Of a stretch of DNA of 64,000 nucleotides, positions 1-6,996 are shown in pieces. A model generated the notes under the pieces. It saw nothing but the letters and a program-made list of their open reading frames with translations. It was not told the origin of the DNA and made no database searches. The translations under genes were made by a program, and so were the position numbers. The stretch comes from Eubacteriales bacterium (lineage in GTDB: Bacteria; Bacillota; Clostridia; Oscillospirales; CAG-272): the NCBI GenBank assembly GCA_045654585.1, contig JAZONS010000066.1:21369-85368 (forward strand), written 5' to 3'. Position 1 is the first letter of the stretch. Every line of letters starts with the position of its first letter.

Positions 1-700
1 CGAATCCCTGAAGATACGGCATTGAGAAATCACGGTGAACATCCGACGGATACGGCAAAATACCCTCAAGCATAGCCTTATCCTCTTCGGTTATTGCCGA
101 GGTGGTTATATCCTCAAAGTGAATATCACCGCTTCGCATAATGTTATAATGCGAGGTTTCCGTATACCTATAATTTCCCATACGCCAGGTGCGTACCTTC
201 GTTCCTCTTGCGTCAAAGTCCGCTTCGGTATCCGCATCGGTTACCCAGAATGGATAATATACGCCCGAGATATTCTCGGCGTTTTCGGGAGCGGCATACG
301 ATTTAGGAACAAACTTTTTCCTTTTCGCAAAGCGAAGGAATCTCGCTTTCGCTTCTTCCTTATCGAATGCAAAAGGAATTATCTTCGACGGCTTTAAGTT
401 ACCGGATACCTTATCCGATAAAACTATTGGATTATGACAATAGAAGCAGGTGCCCGCAACGGTATTTTCATCTGCGATAACCTCAGCTCCGCACGACGGA
501 CAGCAGTATTCCTTGATATGCTCGGAAAACTCCGCCTGCTCGCGCTCTGCTTGCTCCGTTCTGTCAAAAGCTCCTTTTTCGCGGAGGTCATCCTCGGTAA
601 AATCGGATATGCAGAACTCACATACGAATTTTCCCTTTTCGGGATCAAATATTAAACCCGCATCGCAGTTTGGACATTTATATGTTACAGTTGAGTCCAT
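1..700 (-). CDS. Double zinc-ribbon protein (YdjG-like), 3' end runs off the window
   Basis: Not in the ORF track. Manual translation from ATG at 700 (RBS AAGGAG at 705-710) gives MDSTVTYKCPNCDAGL..CEFC..CPSCGA..CFYCHNP..IIPFAFDK..GVYYPFW, open to the window edge. Lies downstream of the SPFH gene as in ydjGHI-type operons. Confidence 0.8.
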   Translation of the reverse strand, partial: MDSTVTYKCPNCDAGLIFDPEKGKFVCEFCISDFTEDDLREKGAFDRTEQAEREQAEFSEHIKEYCCPSCGAEVIADENTVAGTCFYCHNPIVLSDKVSGNLKPSKIIPFAFDKEEAKARFLRFAKRKKFVPKSYAAPENAENISGVYYPFWVTDADTEADFDARGTKVRTWRMGNYRYTETSHYNIMRSGDIHFEDITTSAITEEDKAMLEGILPYPSDVHRDFSMPYLQGF

Positions 701-741
701 ATTACTCCTTAACGTTTTATCGTTTTATGAGAGATTACAAA

Positions 742-2019
742 TTACTTTTTCTTTCCGCACTCCGAGCAGAATTTCGATGAAGCGGGATTCACGGTTCCGC
801 ACTCGCAGGTCCATTCCGAAGCAGGCTTCGGAGAGCCGCACTCAGAGCAGAATTTGCCCGTATTCTCGGTTCCGCAAGCGCAGACCCAAGCGCCTCTCGC
901 GATAGGCTTTGGGGAGCCGCATTCCGAGCAGAATTTACCCGAATTTGATGCTCCGCACGAACAAGTCCAGCTATCTCTTGCGGCAGCGGCTGCATCAGCT
1001 GCCGCTCTTCTCTCAGCATCAGCTTCCATAGCGCGTCTGTTAGTTTCCGTTGCGGCGCCCATAAATCCGCCGCCCGAACTCATACCCATTCCAACTCCCA
1101 TAAAAGCTGCCGCAGAGCCTGCGCTGTTTGATCCCGCAGCCTCAATACCTCTTGCAACAGAACCTTGAACATAGCCTTCTCTTATACTCGCATCTGAAAG
1201 CATTGCGCCCTTATTGCGCATATTGATGAGCTCTTTAGACTCTTCATCATAAGAAACGCTCGCTATACCTACGGACTGAACCTCCATACCGCGCATCTCG
1301 CGCCACGAAGCGTCAAGCTCGTTTGCCATATACTCGGAAAGCTCGCGCGATTTGCTCGCTACGAAGGATATACGGATACCGTCGGCAGACATTTTATTGA
1401 TAGCCGCGGTAAGCGCCTCAAGGAACTCGGAAAGATACTGCTCGTTAATCTCGGAGATATCTACTCTGTCCGCGTTCTTAGGAATTACCTCAGTATAGAA
1501 TTTCAAAGGGTCTGTGATCTTTATCGAATAGTTACCGTGGGCTCTGAGAAAAAGCTCGGAATTATAAAAGCTGTCAAAATAATTGACGGGGGTTCTCGTT
1601 CCGAATCTGATACCCTTTATTTCCTGAAGATTGATGAAATATGCTTTCTGCGCATACGAGGGGGTTCCTCCGAATTTGATTCTTGCAAAAGCATCCTTAA
1701 GCGATTTGCCAAACTGACCTGCAAAAAGCGATGGAGCGGAGCTGTTATCTACTTTGTAGTAACCCTCCTCCGCGGTGAAGTCAACCACCTTACCACCGTC
1801 AACAAGTATCATAAACTGACCGGGATATACGTGGATAACAGAACCGTTTGATATAACGTCCTCTTCACCCTTTTTATTGTTGTTTCTTTTACCTGTGCGT
1901 ACCTTCACGCCCTTAGTAAATACGGTAGTTCCGCTCATTTCTCCCGCCTCAACGACCTCGAGCCATGAATCCGCAAGATTACCGCCTATAGCATTAATCG
2001 TAGCTTTAATAATTCCCAT
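742..2019 (-). CDS. SPFH/band-7 domain protein (YdjI-like) with three C-terminal zinc ribbons
   Basis: ISNGSVIHVYPGQ, FGTRTP and LRAHGNYSIKITDP motifs; three WxCxCG..N..KFCSECG repeats; RBS AAGGAG. Confidence 0.85.
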   Translation of the reverse strand: MGIIKATINAIGGNLADSWLEVVEAGEMSGTTVFTKGVKVRTGKRNNNKKGEEDVISNGSVIHVYPGQFMILVDGGKVVDFTAEEGYYKVDNSSAPSLFAGQFGKSLKDAFARIKFGGTPSYAQKAYFINLQEIKGIRFGTRTPVNYFDSFYNSELFLRAHGNYSIKITDPLKFYTEVIPKNADRVDISEINEQYLSEFLEALTAAINKMSADGIRISFVASKSRELSEYMANELDASWREMRGMEVQSVGIASVSYDEESKELINMRNKGAMLSDASIREGYVQGSVARGIEAAGSNSAGSAAAFMGVGMGMSSGGGFMGAATETNRRAMEADAERRAAADAAAAARDSWTCSCGASNSGKFCSECGSPKPIARGAWVCACGTENTGKFCSECGSPKPASEWTCECGTVNPASSKFCSECGKKK

Positions 2020-2095
2020 TTTGTTTCTCCTTATATGTGGATATTCGTAAACTTAAAACATGCGCAGACGCGCTCGCAAAAATATTCGCGTATAT

Positions 2096-2125
2096 ATTTT
2101 AACATAAATAGCAAAGCTTTGTCAA
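2096..2125 (-). promoter_or_regulatory. Sigma-A promoter of the SPFH operon
   Basis: TTGACA-18-TAAAAT with extended TG on the minus strand. Confidence 0.55.
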
Positions 2126-2215
2126 GAAAAAAGCGCCAATTAATCATTTCCGGTTTTGGCAATCAAAAGCTGCTGCAACAAAAGATGGTGGAACACGAAC
2201 AAGTGCTTGCTGTTT

Positions 2216-2260
2216 CAAAAAACACAGGCGTACCCGTGTTAAATTTTCACAGATACGCCT
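2216..2260 (-). terminator. Intrinsic terminator after the SGNH gene
   Basis: AGGCGTA...TACGCCT stem followed by a T-tract on the minus strand. Confidence 0.6.
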
Positions 2261-2266
2261 ATATCT

Positions 2267-2950
2267 TTATTTACTTTCGCAAATTCTTCTGATATCATCT
2301 TCAATGACCGCAAAAAATCTATCCGCAAGCATTGCCATACCCTCATCGTTCGGGTGATTGAACAAGCCATGGGATTCGGGAAGGCATCTTATATCATCGA
2401 TATTAATGAACACGTCCCCATACTTCTCGGCTACCGCGAGCTTTTCTGCATCGAGCTTTTCTCTTATGTAAAATCCCTGCGAATGAAAAACTACCGTTCC
2501 ATCCTTCATAAGGTAATTGCGCATCTCTTCATACGCTTTACCAAAGGTCTTTTTTTGTTTTTCATTCTCATCATAAGTTTTTTGAACGTTAGCGCCGTAG
2601 AACATAAGTATAATATCCGCGCCAAATGCCTTTGCCTCGGAGTAATCATGCTCAGGGCCGTATTCCGTAAACGTTCTTGCATACTGTGCCGCCTGAGCTA
2701 TGCCGTAAGAAACATTTTTATCGTATTTTTCCATAATCTTTTTTACAATAAGATGAACGTAATCGCATTCGGCAGAGGATGCCGCCATCCCACAATCTCT
2801 GTTCCACCCTATCGATGGCTTTGGAGCGTGCTTTGCTATTGAATTACCAACGAAAAGAATCTTAATTTTTGATTTATCATTTTCGTATAAAAATACGTTT
2901 TCATCATTCTGCCCAAGCGCGGGTACGATATTCTCCTGATAGTCAACCAT
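2267..2950 (-). CDS. SGNH/GDSL hydrolase family protein
   Basis: ILFVGNSIAKH block I, GANV block III, HPND catalytic His; ATG at 2950 after AGAGGTG. Confidence 0.8.
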   Translation of the reverse strand: MVDYQENIVPALGQNDENVFLYENDKSKIKILFVGNSIAKHAPKPSIGWNRDCGMAASSAECDYVHLIVKKIMEKYDKNVSYGIAQAAQYARTFTEYGPEHDYSEAKAFGADIILMFYGANVQKTYDENEKQKKTFGKAYEEMRNYLMKDGTVVFHSQGFYIREKLDAEKLAVAEKYGDVFINIDDIRCLPESHGLFNHPNDEGMAMLADRFFAVIEDDIRRICESK

Positions 2951-2991
2951 AAGCACCTCTATATAGCATTCTGTTTTATTTTTCTATTAAA

Positions 2992-3020
2992 ATAGTATCA
3001 CGTATTACTTATTTTGTCAA
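2992..3020 (-). promoter_or_regulatory. Sigma-A promoter of the SGNH gene
   Basis: TTGACA-17-TACTAT with extended TG. Confidence 0.6.
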
Positions 3021-3050
3021 CAATTAATAACATATTTATTATACAAACAA

Positions 3051-3088
3051 TAAAATGCACAGCGCTAAAAGTCAGGCTGTGCATTTTA
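3051..3088 (-). terminator. Intrinsic terminator
   Basis: TAAAATGCACAGC / GCTGTGCATTTTA inverted repeat. Confidence 0.6.
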
Positions 3089-3147
3089 ATTTACAATCAG
3101 AATCTGATGTTTTTTGAATTATAAAGCTAAAAGTTATAAGTTGTTTT

Positions 3148-4419
3148 TCAGCATTTAAATCCCGTGGACTTTGCGGCACCCGGTACTCTGCCGACTGAGG
3201 TATTATCCTCTTTTCTGTTTCGAAGAGCCTCGATAGGATTTGCCGCGACCTCATATCGGTAATCTGTTCTGTGACGGCGAAGATACGCTTCTATCACATT
3301 ATGAGAAGGAACAATATCAGTAGTTGGCGCTATTATATTCTGATAACGGAAGAAATCCGCATCACACGGAAGATCATCAACGTTCGTGTATTCATCTCTG
3401 TTCGTTGTATACTGAACCGTAGTATCAAGTATATCTCTGACATACTCGATATTCTCGTGAAGCGAGATAGGAGTCGGAAATTCACCGCACTTAATAACCT
3501 CGTTCCATTCCTTCTTCTCGTATTTTTCAAGCAGCTCTTTTGCTTTATGCAAATGAGATATTTCTGTGATTAAATTATTCTCCCAGTAATTCTTAATATA
3601 AGGATCTGTTTCCGTCACATAGCAAGACCAATAAAGATAGCATTCGCAGTATTCGTGCCAGAGCATCATCTCAAACCACGTAGCATTCGGGTCCATTAAT
3701 GATTCATAATGAGTTACATGCTCCTCCTCTACCAAAGCTATTTCCTGATAAAGACGTCTGCTTATGTCCGAGCAAGCAAAGGGCGTTACGTTCATATAGT
3801 AATTCATCGTCTGCTGCTCTGCGGCGGTAATTATCATCGTATCAAGTACTGTTTGCACATCTGCGGTCTTTGAGTTAATATTTCTTCTTACATTATCCTT
3901 TGGAAATCTGTGATGCGCTATAGTAGGTCTGCCCGGCATGATCTCGGTATATCTTCCGACAAGATATTCCGCGGCAATTCCCTGCTCCATATCCAATAGA
4001 TTCGCGTATCTGTAAAGATGGTCAAAGTCCTCGAGGAGAGCAAAGTCAAGCGCTCGCTTTACCGAGCAATCGGACTCGCGCTTTGCCAGCTCCGCGGTAA
4101 GATCGACCGCGAGCTGCTCGTAGCCTATAGTATGCTCTAAGATAGACTCGGATGCAGGCTTTAAAAGTGAGGTCTTTAATTGCTGCTGCTTTTCAACCGC
4201 TCGTGTCAGCGCTATATCTCTTTTGAGATCAACGTTATCCGTATGCCTTGCGAACTGATGCGAAAACCAGTTAGCCTCAAACTCGGTTCCGTTCATTAGT
4301 ATGATTCGGGTTTTGGTATAAGGATCTACCTCTCTTTTGTTATAAGGCTTAGGATAGAGCTCACAAAAATTTTCAAGTGATTTTTCCACAGGTATGGCTT
4401 TTTCTAAAAACGGATTCAT
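3148..4419 (-). CDS. Ferritin-like (di-metal carboxylate) protein, probably two tandem ferritin-like domains
   Basis: ExxH-type motifs LLEDFDH, EEEH and EISH; helical; ATG at 4419 with RBS AGGAG. Confidence 0.65.
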   Translation of the reverse strand: MNPFLEKAIPVEKSLENFCELYPKPYNKREVDPYTKTRIILMNGTEFEANWFSHQFARHTDNVDLKRDIALTRAVEKQQQLKTSLLKPASESILEHTIGYEQLAVDLTAELAKRESDCSVKRALDFALLEDFDHLYRYANLLDMEQGIAAEYLVGRYTEIMPGRPTIAHHRFPKDNVRRNINSKTADVQTVLDTMIITAAEQQTMNYYMNVTPFACSDISRRLYQEIALVEEEHVTHYESLMDPNATWFEMMLWHEYCECYLYWSCYVTETDPYIKNYWENNLITEISHLHKAKELLEKYEKKEWNEVIKCGEFPTPISLHENIEYVRDILDTTVQYTTNRDEYTNVDDLPCDADFFRYQNIIAPTTDIVPSHNVIEAYLRRHRTDYRYEVAANPIEALRNRKEDNTSVGRVPGAAKSTGFKC

Positions 4420-4502
4420 AATGTACTCCTTTTTCTTTTCAATTATTTTCACCTGTATTTCTTATTTTATACAATTTTTAGAAAAATGTGTCTTTTTTGC
4501 TA

Positions 4503-4531
4503 TTGATTTTAATTCCAACATATTATATAAT
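4503..4531 (+). promoter_or_regulatory. Sigma-A promoter for the ncRNA pair and downstream gene
   Basis: TTGATT(4503-4508)-17-TATAAT(4526-4531). Predicted +1 near A4538 coincides with the first base of the RNA1 stem. Confidence 0.75.
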
Positions 4532-4537
4532 ATATTC

Positions 4538-4606
4538 ACTCGAGCTAGTAGTGCTTACTTGAGTAATGAAAATTATGTATTTTGTATAGTGCTACAATTC
4601 ACGAGT
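4538..4606 (+). ncRNA. Candidate Y-like RNA 1 (short, no tRNA module)
   Basis: Ends pair (ACTCG/CGAGT); inner stem GTAGTGCT/AGTGCTAC; shares AGCTAGYAGTRYTTACTTGA and RTRCTRCAAT with RNA2. Confidence 0.6.
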
Positions 4607-4743
4607 GGGCGGATAGCTAGCAGTATTTACTTGAAGCGCTGTTTAAAAGCCGGAAATGAGGGTTCGAGTCCCTCCTTGCATTCGTGCAGGTGGCGAAATT
4701 GGGAACGCGCCGGAGTGTGTTAATACTGCAATATCATCCGCCC
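4607..4743 (+). ncRNA. Candidate YrlA-like Y RNA with circularly permuted tRNA-like domain
   Basis: GGGCGGAT/ATCCGCCC outer stem; GCAGTATT/AATACTGC inner stem; T arm GAGGG-TTCGAGT-CCCTC; acceptor-like CTTGCA-TTCG-TGCAGG; D arm TG-GCG-AAATTGGGAA-CGC; CCGG/CCGG stem; T-tract follows. Confidence 0.75.
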
Positions 4744-4851
4744 TTTGTTTTTTCTACAAAATAAGTCAAATTCTCTTATTTTTATTTGTTTTTTACCATA
4801 ACGGTACCATTTTATCAATTGAACTATTATTATATTAAAGGAGGCAAAAAA

Positions 4852-6900
4852 ATGGACGCTATATTTAAAAACTATCTCTTTGATAAGCATATTCTTGTTT
4901 GCGATACGCCCAAAGAAGAAGACAAGGCTTTCTCTGTTATCTTCGCGTTTGCAAATAAGCTCGGCATCAGAATCACCGGTGGCTATGACCTTGCCAATAC
5001 CGACGTATTTGAGTTTGCCTCTTTGGCGCTTGGATACTATATCCCTGAACCCTTTTATAAAGGATTCCCCGATACGGTTAAAAAGCTTACTTCCGAGGAA
5101 TTGCTTTTCGATCAGCTTTACCACTACTTCAATACCTATTATCTCGGAAACTTTGAAAAGCCCGGCCACTCAGTTCTTGAGGATGAGTTTGAAAGAATCG
5201 CATTCAAGGAAGGCTACACCATCAAGGAGTTTGAAATAGTTGATGAGAAAACTGCTGTCCTTAAGATATTCGAGATCTGCGACGACCTTGTTAAAAGCAG
5301 CCGTCCTTTAGCCGAATATCAGTACGAGTTTCTTCTCGCAGCTATTAATCACTTTTCCTATAAACCCGAAAAATTCGAATCCAAGGATACTCTTATAAGG
5401 GTTATTATCGATACTAAGAATATGAGCTATGCGAGCTTGCTTTCTCTTTCCGATGTGCCTAAGGTTATCGAACGTATTCTCTACGACTACGACTATGATT
5501 ACGACCTCGATTATCTTAATCTTAAGAATTCCGACCGTAAGTTTGTAGCAGCACTTTTAGACAGCATTTTTGAGATCGGTTATCTTAACGTTCGGGAATG
5601 CTATGAGAAGCGCAAAATCTGGGTTGGACTTCTCCATCATATCCACTATAAGCCAAAGAGCGAGGCGGGCGAAAAGTTTGTTTCCGAGATGCGTGGCAAG
5701 GGCAAAAACAAATCCGTTTATGCCGAATTTGAAGCCGCTATTGCTTCGGGCGAGATCAAACGCGCTACCGACGTTCTTCTCCGCGGTAAGGGCTCAGGCG
5801 CTTTACTCAGAAATCTTAACTATCTTCTTTCGAGAGCAAAGACTGATGAGGATATCGAATACATTATCAGCAAAATCGATACTAAAAATTCAATAATGCT
5901 TATTCAGCTCCTTATGAGCTACGCAAATTACAAGGCAAAAGAAGCCCGTACCTTCAAATTTATAAAGTACGGAATGCTCGTTCACCACAACGAGACCGAA
6001 GAGGAGCAGGCTAAGAGATTATCTGTCATTGATGAAGCAATCATTATACGAATCAAAAAGATAATCAGACGAAAGCTTGAGGAGCTTCTCTCCTGCAAGC
6101 TCGGTAAGGTTTATATCGACCCCGATATGAAGAATATTGCACTTCCCTTACAGGAAAGCACTTCAATGGGCGGCTTCGGATGCCTTCCTCGCGGCTCAAG
6201 GATCAAGATTCCTAAAACAAAGAAGATACGCGCCTTTACCTATTGGGAAAAGGTTAACGATATCGACCTTGCGATGATAGGACTTGATGATGAGGGTAAG
6301 CAGACCGAATTTTCCTGGAGAACAATGTTCCTCGAGGATAAACAGGATGCTATCGTATTCTCAGGTGACCAGACCTCAGGCTATGAGGGCGGCTCTGAAT
6401 ACTATGACGTTGATCTTGCACTCTTCAAGAAAAGACATCCTTCTATCAAATATCTTATCTGCACAAACAACGTATATTCGTCGATCCCATTCTCGGAAAT
6501 AGTATGCACCGCCGGATATATGACTCGTGACATCGAAGATTCCGGTGAAGTATTTGAGCCTAAAACCGTTAAGTCCTCGTTCAAGGTAACCGCCGAATCC
6601 ACCATGGCTTACCTCTTCGCAATAGATATTAAGGCTAACGAGTTCGTCTGGCTCAATATTGCGGATGAAAGTATGCGAATCGTCGCGGGAACCGAAGATA
6701 TTTCCTTTATTGAAGAATATATCCACGCAACCGACGTTATCAATATGAGTGACTTCTTCTCTATGCTCGCGACCGAGCTCGTTGAATCCCCCGAGGATGC
6801 AGACGTTATCGTTAGCGACAAAGAGTCTGATAACGTTGAAGAAAAAGAGATTGTCAGAAGCTATGATTTTGAGAAGGTTATGGCTTTAATGAATATCTAA
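4852..6900 (+). CDS. TROVE/Ro60-like helical protein fused to a C-terminal TerD-type domain (resembles MXAN_6230/SCO0854-type proteins, no RING)
   Basis: ATG at 4852 after AAGGAGG; GALLRNLNYLL; LPRGSR..FTYWEKVNDIDL; FSGDQTSG..GGSEYYDVDL (TerD-like); 682 aa. Confidence 0.7.
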   Translation: MDAIFKNYLFDKHILVCDTPKEEDKAFSVIFAFANKLGIRITGGYDLANTDVFEFASLALGYYIPEPFYKGFPDTVKKLTSEELLFDQLYHYFNTYYLGNFEKPGHSVLEDEFERIAFKEGYTIKEFEIVDEKTAVLKIFEICDDLVKSSRPLAEYQYEFLLAAINHFSYKPEKFESKDTLIRVIIDTKNMSYASLLSLSDVPKVIERILYDYDYDYDLDYLNLKNSDRKFVAALLDSIFEIGYLNVRECYEKRKIWVGLLHHIHYKPKSEAGEKFVSEMRGKGKNKSVYAEFEAAIASGEIKRATDVLLRGKGSGALLRNLNYLLSRAKTDEDIEYIISKIDTKNSIMLIQLLMSYANYKAKEARTFKFIKYGMLVHHNETEEEQAKRLSVIDEAIIIRIKKIIRRKLEELLSCKLGKVYIDPDMKNIALPLQESTSMGGFGCLPRGSRIKIPKTKKIRAFTYWEKVNDIDLAMIGLDDEGKQTEFSWRTMFLEDKQDAIVFSGDQTSGYEGGSEYYDVDLALFKKRHPSIKYLICTNNVYSSIPFSEIVCTAGYMTRDIEDSGEVFEPKTVKSSFKVTAESTMAYLFAIDIKANEFVWLNIADESMRIVAGTEDISFIEEYIHATDVINMSDFFSMLATELVESPEDADVIVSDKESDNVEEKEIVRSYDFEKVMALMNI

Positions 6901-6935
6901 TCTCATATTTGTAAATCATTATTTACATTTTTCGC

Positions 6936-6996
6936 AAAAAACGCCATATAGAGTTCTGTGAATTTACGCAGAAAATCTATATGGCGTTTTTATTTT
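6936..6996. terminator. Bidirectional intrinsic terminator
   Basis: AAAAACGCCATATAGA / TCTATATGGCGTTTTT between convergent genes. Confidence 0.75.

Noticed and set aside
4650-4713. Functional tRNA gene, permuted tmRNA or T-box riboswitch
   Set aside because: The halves are in permuted order with a 4-nt loop closing a 6-bp acceptor stem. There is no anticodon loop, CCA, tag ORF or TGGNACC T-box motif, so a Y-like mimic fits better.
742-4743. Functional link between the SPFH gene and the tRNA-like RNA
   Set aside because: The SPFH gene is YdjI-type, on the opposite strand, has its own promoter and is separated by two genes and terminators. The RNA is co-oriented with the TerD-fusion gene.
4394-4851. 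ORFs 4394-4723 and 4656-4838, and the 4786 upstream start
   Set aside because: They lack an RBS and overlap the promoter and ncRNAs. The strong AAGGAGG points to ATG 4852.
5480-5514. YDYDYDYDLDY low-complexity run as a phase-variable repeat
   Set aside because: The codons are mixed (GAC/GAT, TAC/TAT) and in frame, so it is not a slippage tract.
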